Origin: Neocallimastix sp. 'constans'
Taxonomy: Eukaryota
NCBI GenBank assembly: GCA_050613775.1
Contig: JBODTK010000124.1
Location: forward strand, 248,001-312,000
Reading direction: 5' to 3'
Length of the DNA: 64,000 nt
This document shows, one piece after another, positions 1 through 30,209 of this stretch (position 1 is the stretch's first letter; each line of letters opens with the position of its first letter). The position numbers and the translations under genes were made by a program. A model generated the notes under the pieces. That model did not search any database, was not told the origin of the DNA, and saw nothing but the letters and a program-made list of their open reading frames with translations.

Positions 1-5346
<5,346 letters not shown>

Positions 5347-5627
5347 TTTTTTTAATTATTAAAATAAAAACAGAAGAAATAAAATATAAATTATTATAAA
5401 TTATGAATGAAAAAAAAAAAAAAAAAAATAAAATAAAATAGTGATAAGAGTAAAAATAATAATTATAAATTATTTTAGTTATATATATATATATAAAGAA
5501 ATACTATTTACAAAGCAATGAATACTATTAATAATAAATATATAATATATATATATATATAAGTTTTTTAAAAGGTGAACAATACTATATGTGTGTTAAT
5601 TATAAAGTTATTTTTTTTTTTTTTTAA

Positions 5628-5669
<42 letters not shown>

Positions 5670-6367
5670 ATTATTATTATTATTATTATTATTTAAGTAT
5701 TTTATATAAACAAATTTTTTTATAAATGCATATATATTTATTTTATTTTTTATTAAAGTATGGATAATTATTGAAAATATATTATTATATTTTTTAATTT
5801 TTAAAGAAACTTTAACTCGTATTTATATAATTTTTTTTTTTTTTTTATTCTTAAAAAGTTATTATTTATTTGTTATTATATATAAAACTGTAATGAATTT
5901 TATTATATTCATTATGATTCTAATTATTAATACAATTTTTTTCAATTATTTTATTAAAGTTATTTTGAAAGATATTTCAATTTTCATCATTAAAATTAAA
6001 ATGATAATGAATAATTTACTTCAATATCCAAAGTTTTAATTTCTATTCAAAACTTTAAATAAAATTATTTTAAAAATTTTCTTTATGAAATATTGTAATA
6101 CCTATTGATTATACTTCATTATTAAATAAAATTTATTGTAAAATTAATTTCTTTATAATTTTATTATATGTAAAATAATTTAAAAATTTAATTTTAATAA
6201 TGAATAAATATTATTAGGATTAGGGTTAAAATAATAATGAAATATTAAATAATGAATAAATATCATTAATATTAAAATAATAATAAAGAAATTTTGTTAA
6301 AAAGTTCCACAATAATAAATACAATTATTAATAGTAATAACTGAAAATTAAATAAATAAATAAATAA

Positions 6368-6403
<36 letters not shown>

Positions 6404-8137
6404 ATAATATAATAAAATAATAATATCACACTTTGATTCAATATTTGAATGAGAATTGAGAAGTGCTTATTTTTAGTTTCGAAATGTATATTATTTATAA
6501 ACTATATATACATATTTATATAGTGTTTTTTAGACATGAAGATGTTTTTATTATTTTTTAGAGGAATTATATATTAGTAATTAGTAAAACAGATTATAAA
6601 TATATAAAAATAATGAAATTTTAAAAAAATTATAATTACATATTTATATATATATTATTCAAATAAAATTTTATGAATAAATAATGAAAGTATATATAGT
6701 TAGAGTATATTGTGTTTTTTAATGAAAATTTTAACAATTATTCAAGAATAGATAAGAAATAAAATACTGTTAAAAACTTAATAAGTTTACTGAGTCCTTA
6801 TTAAATGTGGTTATTTTAATTGAAATTGACATAAGAATATCAATATAAATAAATATGTGCTAGGATAATAGCAAAAGATGGAACAGCAGGGAAAATAGGA
6901 CTTAATCATATAAATGAAAAAAAAAAAATAAATTGACTAAGCTAACTATATATAGCAATAAATTTAATTTCACCATCTTCAGTAACATCTGTAGGCTAAT
7001 CAACAAAGGAAGGTTCAATAGATATATCAAGATATGAAAATATAATAAAAATGAAAAAAAATAAAAAAATAAGAATATAAATCAAAAAAAAAAAAAAAAA
7101 GCATTATCAACTATACATAAATATACTCTGTAATAATAATTGTATAATAGTAAATAAAGTAAATAGTTTGTGCTTGTAATAAATAAAATAGAATAAAATT
7201 AAAAAGCAAAATAAAACAAAACTAAAAAAAACTATTGAGAGTGAAAAAAATAATTAATTAAAAATTAATAAATCATTTTATATTAATAATAAAATTTAAA
7301 TGACTTTTTTTTTTTTCTTTTTTTTTGGGTTTTTATTTATATTTAAGAGAATTTTCATATTATAATTTATTTAGTAATAATACTTTTTATATATGTATTA
7401 GATTATGTTACCTTAAACATAAAGCTTCAGTGTTAATTTATATACCTATAATAAATCAATTATAATTTTTTTGCTGTTATTATTTTATTTATATCTAATT
7501 ATTAATAATTATGAAGCAAACTTTTATAGCTTTATTCCTATAATTAAACCAGTTATTAAAAATTTAGATGCTTCTATTCTTTTTTTTTATGTTAATATAT
7601 TAATATCACGAACAAAATATTTTTACATACAAATTTTAATAAATAACATTTTTGATGGATTAAACTTTAATAAATATTATTTTATGATAGATCCTATATG
7701 ATGAAAAATTATTATTCATTTATTACTTTTTTTTTTTTTTGTTTTTTAATTTATTTTTCATTGAAGCATGAGTAATAATTAAAGTCTATTCTAAATAAGG
7801 AAATAAACTTTAATTATTAATAAATCTATTAAATAAAAAAAATAATAAAATAAAAATAAAATTTAATTAAATAATATATAAAATATAATATATTAATATA
7901 TTATATATAAAATAAAAATGTAATCCTGTCATATTAATGTTTTCATTGTTTAAAAAAAAAACGAAAGTACATTTTAGTAATCATTGTTTTAATGAAGTTA
8001 TAAATAATTTGGCAAAACTTAAAATTCAATATTTATTATAATATGTTTCAAGAAATTTTATATAATTATAATTTATAATTATTATTTGAAATAGATAGTA
8101 TTTTAAAGTTTTAATTATTATTATCATTATTATTATT

Positions 8138-8232
8138 ATTTAGAATAGATATTATTTTATTAGTATTTAGAATAGATATTATTTTATTATTATTTAGAAT
8201 AGATATTATTTTATTATTATTTAGAACGGATA
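8138..8232. repeat. ~27-bp minisatellite (TATTTAGAATAGATATTATTTTATTAT), about 3.5 copies
   Basis: Direct tandem copies visible in the sequence. Confidence 0.7.
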
Positions 8233-9647
8233 TCTTTTTTCTTTATAAATCGGTTTATATATTAATTTCTTTTATAATATATTGTAGATTTAATCAATTA
8301 TTATAGAATGTTTCAATTTCAATTATGTTTGGCTTTTTTATTTTTTATCGACCGTTTAATATTTAGTACAACCTAAAAAACGTTAAAATATTGAATACAA
8401 AAGGGAAAATTTTTAATTTGTTACTATTAGAAAAAATTTTTATAAATTTTTTATATTAATAACTAATAATTTATATTAATTTTAATTAAATTAAAAGTTA
8501 CATACCTAAGCATTTATAAAATTATTTCTTTACATATTTTTATAAAATTAAAGTGTTTTCACATGATCTACATTTTTATGGGGCATTAAAAAGTATACAA
8601 AAATGAATGAATGAATAAATAATAAATGTATAAATAATAAATAAATAAATAAATAAATAAATTAATAAATATTGTATATTGTTATATTAATTACTGTTGT
8701 ACATTCATAATATTCATATTTCGTAATTTACAATATTAATATTTATATTTAATATTTGTTATTAATATGTATTAATATTTATATAAATGAAAATATCTCT
8801 TCTAATATTTTAGTAGATTGTTTAATTTTTCATTAATAGTAAAGATTAATAAATATGAATGATTAAATATCTTTTTAAAAACATTGATTAATTGACTATT
8901 TTTGATTAACAAATCAAACAAAAATAATTAAATATGTAATTATATTAATTATAAGTATGAATATATATAATTTCATTTTACAGAAATTTTTAAATTCAAG
9001 ATATACAATTTCAAGGTTGACCCTTACTAATCTTAAATAAACAGCTCGAATTAAGATTTTATACCAAATTCACTCATTAAATAATGGTGTTTCATTATCA
9101 TTATATCTTTATATTCCAAGTTTTAGTAAATTTTTTTTTTTACTAAAATTTCGTTTTAATTTCTACCCAATCAAATAAATGAAATAATCTTTCTTTTTTT
9201 TCTTATTATTAATATTTTTTAATTGTTAATTAAATATATAAATATATATTTTATAATAAATTTAATGTCTCAGAGTTTCAAAAATAATTAGGATTAATAA
9301 TATCATAATTCTAATTAAAAATATTGTTAGGATTAATAATATTATAACTATATTTTTAAATAATAATTTTACAATTTTGCTGTTAATTATTAATTTAATC
9401 AGTTTTATAAGTAATGATTATGAATTTAAGGTAAATAATAATAATAATAATAATAATATTAATAATAATATAATAATAATAATCATAATAATAATAAAAA
9501 AAAAAAAAACTAGGTTTACATAAATGTAATAATTTAATGAAACAAAAATGGGAATATATTGAAAATTAGCTTTATCTATAAAAAATATATGTATTAGTAA
9601 TAGAACAAACAATTATTCAAAAATTAAAATATTATTATCTTTTTTTA

Positions 9648-9691
<44 letters not shown>

Positions 9692-10499
9692 TAATAATAA
9701 TAATTATAATAATAATAATAATAACAAAAATAATAATAACAACAAAAATAGTAATAATAACAACAACAACAATAATAATAATATTGAATACTAATGTTGA
9801 TTACTACTACTACTAATAATAATAAATAATAATATAAAACAAAATTTAATATGAAGAATTTAATATGAATAAACAAATTAATTTAAAATTAATTAGATTA
9901 TTCTATTTATATGTAATATATTTTTTTTTAGAAGATCTTTTAATATGTAATATATTTTTTTTTAGAAGATCTTTTAATATGTAATATACTTTTGGATATT
10001 AAAAATATGTGTTTTTATATGTTTATGCTTGAATCAACTTTTTTTATATGTTCTTTACATACTCAAGTAGATTGATGAAAATTAATATTTAATGTTAAAT
10101 ATTATATAAACGTTAAGATTTATGATATTCTTTTTTTATTAATAGTTTCGATTATTTTATATTTATTAATGTTTAGTTCTTTTGGTTTTTGTTGAATAAT
10201 TTTTGACTCTCAAACTTTAAAAAACATTTTTTATAAATAAAATTTTATTATGACATGAGCATGCTTTTTAATTATTTGTTAATGATTAAGATTTCTATCA
10301 TTTTGGAAGTGTATTTATATTAATTTAATTATAGAAAATATATTCATATTAAGAAAATAAATTTATTTTTATATAGATTAATAAACTAAAATTAATATAT
10401 TGGTTTATTAATCTATTCAATATTACACATATTTTAATTCTATACGAATATTCATATGAATATTAAAAAGTTTAAACAATATTAAAAGTACCATTTTTA

Positions 10500-10770
<271 letters not shown>

Positions 10771-11197
10771 GAATAAATTATATATTAACATGTTACTTTC
10801 ATATCTATAATATATTCAGCATATTAATAAATACTTTTATATAATAATGATTGTATTAAACCAGTACATTTAATTTTTATAATTTATATTATTTATTAAA
10901 GTTTATATTATTTAATTCTTTTTTTAATTAAACAACTAATAACTTTAATAGTCTAATATATAAAATTTATATATAATATTAATCAACATAATCTAGTAAT
11001 AAATATATTAAATTATTTTTTGTATACATTGAATAATTAATAATATTCAATCCTTAATAAAAGCTTAAATAATAATAAATTAATTAAATTTAGTTAAAAA
11101 ATTAAAATCATCAAAAAAAAAAAAAAAAAATAAATTAAAAAAAAAAATAAATTAAAAAAAAAATAAATTAAAAAAAAATAAATTAAAAATATAAATG

Positions 11198-11228
<31 letters not shown>

Positions 11229-11933
11229 ATATAATAATAAATAAATCATTGTAAATAATTAAAATGTAAATAAATATTGATTGAATAAACAATATAAAGT
11301 TGGTATAAAAAAACCATCAAAATGATATTGATATTTGTTATGTTAGACAAGTGGATAGTCAAATAATGAATTAATTAATCATAAAAGTTAAGGATAAAAG
11401 ATAAGATTATGGATACAAGTGAAATGTTCAAGCTATTTTTTTAAATTTAAATTCAAATTCAAATTCAAATTCACAAAAAAAAATTGAAATAGGAAATATA
11501 TAGTTAATAATAATACAAAAAAATAAAGGAATATTCATTTATTCATTTTTATTGTATATTTATGGCAGAGAAATACGAAGAGGATAAATATAGAGAGATA
11601 ATATAGAAGTAGAATTAAGAGTATTTTTTCATTAAGTAATCAAATCATCAACCATATAATTATAGAGTATTAAGGTTTAATATATTGATTGAAAATCTTA
11701 TTAAATAAAAAACTAAATATAAAAATATAATAAATAATAAAAAATATAAATAAATAAATAAATAAATAAAAAATAATTATCTCCTGAAAATATATAAACT
11801 TTAATAATATTAAAAAAAATTTTTTTTTTCTCTTTTAATTAAATAAGTATATAAACAAAAATAAAAACTAGAAATAAAATGTAATAAACGGTGTAAGAAA
11901 ATATAAGGAAATAAGGAAAAAAAAAATTAATAA

Positions 11934-12040
<107 letters not shown>

Positions 12041-12097
12041 ACAAACAAACAAACAAATAAATAAATAAATAAATAAATAAATAAACAAATAAACAAA

Positions 12098-12145
<48 letters not shown>

Positions 12146-12154
12146 AATAAAATA

Positions 12155-12187
<33 letters not shown>

Positions 12188-12368
12188 GAAGATTTTCTTT
12201 TTATAATTATTCCATAACACAAAAAAAGTGAAAGTAAATTAGTATAAATATCTTTAAAGATATTTATTATGTATAAGTAAAGTTATAATATATATATATT
12301 TTAAAAAAAATATATATTTAAATTATTTATTCAAATTTTTAGTTCTAAAAAAAAAAAAATACATAATG

Positions 12369-12465
<97 letters not shown>

Positions 12466-12615
12466 TATCCAAATAACAAATTGATTAATTAATATATTAT
12501 TAAATAGGAAATTTATTAATACTACTATATTTATTTATAAATTTTAATGAATTACTGAATATAATTTTAATGAAATAATTCTTAAAACGAAAGTATATTC
12601 AAATCGTAGTAAATG

Positions 12616-12651
<36 letters not shown>

Positions 12652-13225
12652 AGAATAATAATTAAAAAAAAAAAAAAAGAAACAAATACAACAACAAATT
12701 AATAATTAAAAGTCAAGAGGAAATTTTGAATGGCATAATATTTAATATAATTTTATAAATTTTATTAGTTGTATATATTTATATATAATAATTAATTTTA
12801 ATATTAAACTTTATAATATATATTTATCAACACAAAAAATATAATTAAATGCAATATTAAAATTAAATTCAATATTGTCTTTCTTTTTAATCAATTTAAA
12901 ATATATTAAAACAAAAATACAGAGAATATATCAATTAAAGTAAACATTTAAAACTTTTTTTTTTTTTTTTTTTTTTGATATATTCTTTTGCTATAATTAT
13001 AATCATTTTTATTTATTTATTTATTTATTATTATTATTACTATTATTATTATTTTTTTTTTTTTTCAAAACTTAAATAATAAACATTATATTAAAATATA
13101 TGAACAAATTTAAAAACAATTCATAATTATTGGATTTATGTATTATTTATGGCATTATATATTAATATAGTAAAATTATTTTATTCAAAAATTCTATTTT
13201 TTTCAAATCAATATCAATTAATACT

Positions 13226-23570
<10,345 letters not shown>

Positions 23571-24024
23571 ATTATATTAAATTATGAATAAATAAATTAT
23601 ATTAAATTATGAATAAATAAATAAATAAATAAAAAAAAAAAAAAAAAAAAAAAAAAAAGAATAAAAAAATTTTTATATATATATTTTATTATTATTATTT
23701 TTTTCTTCATCTTTTAGAATTTTTATATTCAATGATAATTATAAAAATTATATAACATAATAAAAAATTGCAAATATATTTTAATATAAATATATCTATA
23801 AATGCATATCTATCATAATAATAATAATAATAAAGATAAAAAAAAAAAAAAAAAAAAAAAGTGAGTTGCATGAATTTAAAATTGAAAAAGGTTTACATAA
23901 AAGTAATTTATTTTATTTTAGTAATAATAATTGATGTTATTTATTTTTTATTCTGTATAATCCTGTATAATTATATAATATTAATTTAAATAATCTTTAA
24001 TAACTAATTATTATTGTACTTTTT

Positions 24025-24064
<40 letters not shown>

Positions 24065-24174
24065 ATATACTTTTATATATATATATATATATATATAAAA
24101 TAATATAAAATAAAGTAATATCATTTTATATAGGAAATTATAATTATTATGTAAAAATAATATTTATAAAAAGG

Positions 24175-24225
<51 letters not shown>

Positions 24226-24419
24226 ATATTATATTTATTATTTATTATTTTTATTTTATTTTTATTTATTATTATTATTTTTTTTCTTTATATTTTAATA
24301 TTTATTTACTTTTATTTCATTTATAAAAGCTATATTAAATTTTTTACATCAATATTTATATGCTAAATGAACTAAATATTATTAATTTTTTTTAATAATA
24401 ATTTAAAATTTTTATTATT

Positions 24420-25815
24420 ATATGGATCATTATAATTCAATATCATCAAACATAGCTATAAACATTATATGTATATGATGTGCGATTATATATACATGAT
24501 GTGAATAGGCATGATTTAAATATATAATAAATTGATGATTAATGTATTATGTTTTTTCGGCGATATATCGTTATTCTAGGATAAATATCAAGCATCGTTG
24601 TTGATTCTTGATGCCTATATATATGATGCATCGTTGGATGTGTTGATGCTCTGTTTGATGTGCGATAATGAACATATAATGATATATATAATGATGAGTA
24701 TATGATGGTGATTTCGATCCAAATCGTTTCTGAATCAATGATGCAAAACCATGTTATAACTATGGACCCATCGATTGCATATTGCTGTTGATGAATATAT
24801 TAAGATGTCATATACAACCATGTTTGTCATATTTATAACATGTTTAGAATGATGCATACAATGATAATGATACAGATAATATATATATAATCGATACCCT
24901 TGATTAATGATTGAATAAGGATGATATATAATGATTATATATATTAAACATAGTTTATAAACATATATCATTTGTGTTGTATCATCATCAAACATGGTTA
25001 TAAACTGTTCTAAACATCGTTTGCATCAATGATATATCTGCAGATCGATGGATGATACAATGGTATGACAGTATCAATAATAGTGCATCTGATGATGTTA
25101 ATCATATGCCACAATCGATACGATGCAGACTGAATCTATATATCATGTTATGTATCATTTTATGTATCATTCTATGTATAATTCTATGTATAATTCTATG
25201 TATAATTCTATGTATCAATATATGCAAACTATGTTTAGAACTCTGTTTAATATTATATATCATGGTCATGCTGGTCTCAAGCTCCTCCATTGTCATTCAT
25301 ATTCGCATCTCATATCTACATCTGCAATCTTCATAAATACTTATCCAGATATCTCTGATATAATATAGATCATAATTATTTATTAGGGTCGTATCAGACA
25401 CCCGACGATAGATAGTAATAATAATACCTTCGACCATATATCAACAATGATGACGCAATGTCTTCGACGTTAGATTGATGTAGTGTTCATGGCTATGAAC
25501 ATCGTTATCATTATATATATCATTATAATCAATATCATCACTCATTACGTTGATCAACTCTGGATGTAGATGACCATGTCTATAATGATGCACATGATGA
25601 GGATAGTGATGAGACATGTATTGCGGATGTCTATGTTGATATATATTTATGATGATATCGTGATGAGCTTGATTAACTAGATATATCGGAGAGTAAAACA
25701 TGGTTCTAAACATAGTTCTAATCATAGTTTGCAGAACATATCAGATATATTGATTCATATATCTGAGAGATTTGGCAATGTATACCATGAATATCGACAA
25801 TAATCAAGCATATTA
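24420..25815. other. Compositionally anomalous non-coding island (ApT-rich, nearly free of homopolymers, with recurrent 12-bp motifs)
   Basis: Dense GAT/ATC/CAT/ATG words, more CpG than the flanks and few long A/T runs. Tandem 12-mer TATGTATAATTC about x5 at ~25149-25215. AAACATRGTTYT-like motif clusters on both strands. No credible ORF. Confidence 0.6.
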
Positions 25816-25988
25816 TACAATATTATATTATTTTTAACAGAGAAATAAGTAAATAACCATGAAGGTAATTTAAGAGATATATCAAATTTAAAAAGAGATA
25901 TTAATATGGATATCAATTAAAATCACTCAAACAATACCAATAATATTAATAATAAATTTAATTTTGATGAGTTATAATATTTTAAAGT

Positions 25989-26507
<519 letters not shown>

Positions 26508-26950
26508 TATTGTAGTGAAAACTATACCTCTTACAATAATATAAAATAAAGGTAAAAATTGTTTTAATAATATAAATTATATCTACATTTTATTGTTTAT
26601 TATTTACTTTTTATTTTTAATAAATAGTAATATTAAAATAATTTTTTTATATTTCAATATTTTTTTTTTTTTTAAAAAAATCTTTATTTGAAATAGTAAA
26701 ATTATGTTGAGTTTCTTTAATTAATTACTCATTTATTTATAAATATTTTAAAATAATTAAACAATATTTATTTTATTTTATTTATTGTATATATATATTC
26801 ATCATTTATCCAATCCTAATTTATTAAGATATTTTATTTAATAATAAATATTAATTGTTCATTTTTATTAATGAATCTTTATTATCCATAATTTATTTTT
26901 TTTTTTATTTTTTATTTTTATTCTTTTGTCTTTTTATTTGAATTTGAAAT

Positions 26951-27769
26951 TTATAAATTTTTTTGAATGTATTCTCTATAAATTTCTAAATCTTTATCTC
27001 CAAAGACATTAAATATTATTTTTTCAAAGTTATTATCATGGGTATCTAAATATTCAATGGTTGTTTTTATTGCAATTTCACATGCTAGTGCTTGTGGGAA
27101 TCTAAATAAACCAGTTGATATACATGGGAACGCAATACTTTTAATGCTATGTTCTTGAGCTAATTTTAAACAATTTCTATAACAATTTGCAAGATCATTT
27201 ATTTTACTCTCACTAACTCTGGATTGAATTATGGGTCCTACCGTATGGAGAACATACTTTGATGGTAAATTTTGAGCACTTGTAATTATAGCTTTACCGG
27301 TTTCTAAATTATAATCTATCTTTTTCATGACTTCATTACATTCAAGACGTAAAGCTACACCAGCATAAGTATGTATTAAATTATCTATACAAATATGTGA
27401 AGGGACAAAACATCCTAAACCTTGAGAATTAGCAGCATTTACTATAGCATCAGCTTTGAGAGTTGTAATATCTCCTTGCCATAGAACAAGCTTATTTTTA
27501 TATTGATTAGTAATATTTGGGAAGGCCTCGCCTAACGGTTTTATTGAGTCTACCTCTTGAATATTTCTTGTTTTATTATATTCGGTGAAAAATTCTTTTT
27601 CTTTTTCTAAAAATTCATTAGATATATTATACGGTTGACGAATATTACATAAACTTTTATAAAGACTAAATTTATTTTTGAAGTTTTCGTCTTTATAATC
27701 AACTATTTCTGAAGCCTCTTTTAATAAATAATCAATTAAAAAGTTAATTTGAGAATTTAATTTTTCCAT
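26951..27769 (-). CDS. Zinc-dependent macrodomain (Zn-Macro) ADP-ribosyl hydrolase, 272 aa, intronless
   Basis: Macrodomain motifs WQGDITTL, AIVNAAN, VLHTVGP and SIAFPCISTGLFRFP. Zn-loop GCFVPSHICIDN (CxxxxHxC) and an N-terminal helical extension (LCNIRQP), typical of SirTM-associated macrodomains. Confidence 0.92.
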   Translation of the reverse strand: MEKLNSQINFLIDYLLKEASEIVDYKDENFKNKFSLYKSLCNIRQPYNISNEFLEKEKEFFTEYNKTRNIQEVDSIKPLGEAFPNITNQYKNKLVLWQGDITTLKADAIVNAANSQGLGCFVPSHICIDNLIHTYAGVALRLECNEVMKKIDYNLETGKAIITSAQNLPSKYVLHTVGPIIQSRVSESKINDLANCYRNCLKLAQEHSIKSIAFPCISTGLFRFPQALACEIAIKTTIEYLDTHDNNFEKIIFNVFGDKDLEIYREYIQKNL

Positions 27770-28166
27770 TTAAAAATTTTATTTGTTAAAAAAAAAACAA
27801 TTCTTTAAAATAAAAAAAAAAGATTTTTAACTCTACTAAAAATTTTTATTATTTATATTGTTATAATAATATTTAAATTATTTTAATTTAAAGTTAAAAA
27901 AAAAAAAAGCAAAAAATAAAATTACAGTTCAATTTAAAGGTTTATATATCTATACCTTTTATTATATAAATTGATCATAATATTTAAAGTTTAAATTATA
28001 TATTAATATATTAGTATTAATGTATGTAAATAAATTAATATATTAATATGGTAATATAATAAATATATAATATTTAATATTATTAAATTTTTTTATAAAA
28101 GCGGTAAAATACCCCGAATTTTATTATTTATTATTTAAACTATTAATAAAAGAAATATATTATTCA

Positions 28167-28209
<43 letters not shown>

Positions 28210-28697
28210 ATTTTTAATTCTTAATATAAAACTTTTTCAATTAAATAATAGTTTAATGTTTTAATGATTTTAATAATAACGATAATAATTTATATAAATC
28301 TTAAAAAAAAAAATAAAAAAAAAAAAAAAGATATATTATAAAAGAATTCTATAATCATAAGAAATTAAATACCATTTTATATTATTCCTTTACTTTATTT
28401 ATTATAATAAGAAATAGAATTTAAAACTTTTTTTTTTTTTAAAAAGTTATAAGTATAAAAATGTTCTGATTATTTCTATATTATATTTATAATGAATGAA
28501 TGGATATTTATATTTAAATTTGATAGATTTTGACTAATATATCATTTTTTATATAAAATATAATTTTGTACCAAAAAAATTTAATTTTTATTTTTAATAA
28601 AAATAAAAATAAAAATAAATAAATAAATAAAAAAATATAAAAGTTTTTAATTATTATATTAAAAATTTTAAATCTATTTATATTTTTACTTATTTTT

Positions 28698-28733
<36 letters not shown>

Positions 28734-29306
28734 TAAATTATGGTACGTATCCAATTAAAATTATAATTATTGTTAATTATAATATGGCGTATATTATTAA
28801 AGAACACTCAAATATATAATAAAAATAATTCCTAACTATTATTTATGTGGCTTAAATTATTCATTTATATATAAGTGGAAATAAAATCCAAAAAATTAAA
28901 AATTTTATATAATCACTTTTGTATATATATTAAAAAAGTTTTATTAAATCATAAATAGAAATAATTATATTATTAAAATAAATTAATTTTAAATGAAAAA
29001 AAAAAAAAAAAAAAAAATAAATAAATAAAAAAAAATAAAGGTAAAAAAGTATAAAAGCAACGAAATTTGAACAATTGAAAAAAAATTGTTTATTATAAAT
29101 TTCAATTTTATATTAATTACTTTAATTCTATTAAAATATTTAATACTTTATCAATTTACATTATAAAAGAAAGTATAGTGTACAACTAGGAAATCTTTTA
29201 ATAATTAATTAATTTTTTTTTAATAAAAATATTTATTTTTATATATAAAGTCAACAAAACATTTATTAAAAAAATATATATATTATAAAAAAAGTGAAAG
29301 TTTAAA

Positions 29307-30209
29307 ATGTCTGAATTAGATAAGAAAATAGAAATAATAAAACAATTACTTCAAGATTGTGACAGTGTTTTAATAGGAGCAGGCGCAGGTTTATCTGTTG
29401 CAGCGGGTCTTGACAATAAAGGTTTAAATTTTGAAGAAAATATGAAAGATTTTATAAAGGAATATGGCTTTAAAGACTTTTATTCAGGAGGTTTTTATCC
29501 ATATAAGACCCCAGAAGAAAAATGGGCCTATTTTGCTAGATATTTTATGTGCTATTATAATTCAAAATCTACCGAATTATATGAAAACATCTTAAAATTA
29601 GTAAAGGATAAGGAATATTTCATTATTACGACTAATGTTGATGGTCATTTTGAAAAATCGGGATTTGATATCAGTAAAATGTTTGCAACTCAAGGAGACT
29701 TTGTAAATATTCAATGTAGTGAACCTTGTCATAATAAACTTTATGAGTCCATTGAATTATTTAAGGAAATGGTTGCTAAAACCAAAGATAGAAAAATTCC
29801 TACTGAATTAATACCCAAATGTCCAAAATGTGGAAAAATAATGAAATATCATTTACGAGAAAGCGAAGAATTTGTAGAAGATGATTACTGGTATCAACAA
29901 AGTAGTAAATATATGGATTTTCTTAAAAGAAATAAAGATAAGAAGGTTTTACTTCTTGAATTTGGTGTTGGATTTAATACCCCAACTATTATCCGTTTTC
30001 CCTTTGAGAAGAAAACAATGGAAAATAAGAATTGGAATTTAGTAAGATTTAATAGAGAATATTCAGGTATTACTATAGAATCTGGTTACAACTTACAGAT
30101 TATTAATGATTGGGATACTATTAAATCATTAAAATTAAAAAATAATTACCAAAATAGATTTATTCCAATTTCTGAAGATACAAATGAAGTAATAAGAAGA
30201 TTATTATAA
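29307..30209 (+). CDS. Class M sirtuin (SirTM), putative protein mono-ADP-ribosyltransferase, 300 aa, intronless
   Basis: GAGAGLS, ITTNVDGHF, FATQGD (Gln where deacylating sirtuins have the catalytic His), Zn ligands QCSEPC/PKCPKC, and LLLEFGVGFNTPTIIRFPFE; adjacent to a Zn-macrodomain gene. Confidence 0.92.
   Translation: MSELDKKIEIIKQLLQDCDSVLIGAGAGLSVAAGLDNKGLNFEENMKDFIKEYGFKDFYSGGFYPYKTPEEKWAYFARYFMCYYNSKSTELYENILKLVKDKEYFIITTNVDGHFEKSGFDISKMFATQGDFVNIQCSEPCHNKLYESIELFKEMVAKTKDRKIPTELIPKCPKCGKIMKYHLRESEEFVEDDYWYQQSSKYMDFLKRNKDKKVLLLEFGVGFNTPTIIRFPFEKKTMENKNWNLVRFNREYSGITIESGYNLQIINDWDTIKSLKLKNNYQNRFIPISEDTNEVIRRLL

Noticed and set aside
6780..7700. Slightly GC-richer patches that might be gene relics (e.g. 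YLDISIEPSFVD*PTDVTEDGEIKF on minus) and ORF 7471-7701
   Set aside because: They are short, stop-ridden and lack a recognisable motif, so no call can be supported.
24735..25725. Met/Ile/His/Tyr-rich ORFs in the ApT island
   Set aside because: Their composition follows from the ATG/CAT/TAT word bias and the 12-bp repeats; they overlap on both strands and show no domain.
24946..25730. Repeat clusters considered as a CRISPR array or as tRNA B-boxes
   Set aside because: The repeats are too short, irregularly spaced and in both orientations, with no cas genes and a eukaryotic context. GTTCTAAAC deviates from the B-box and no cloverleaf was found.
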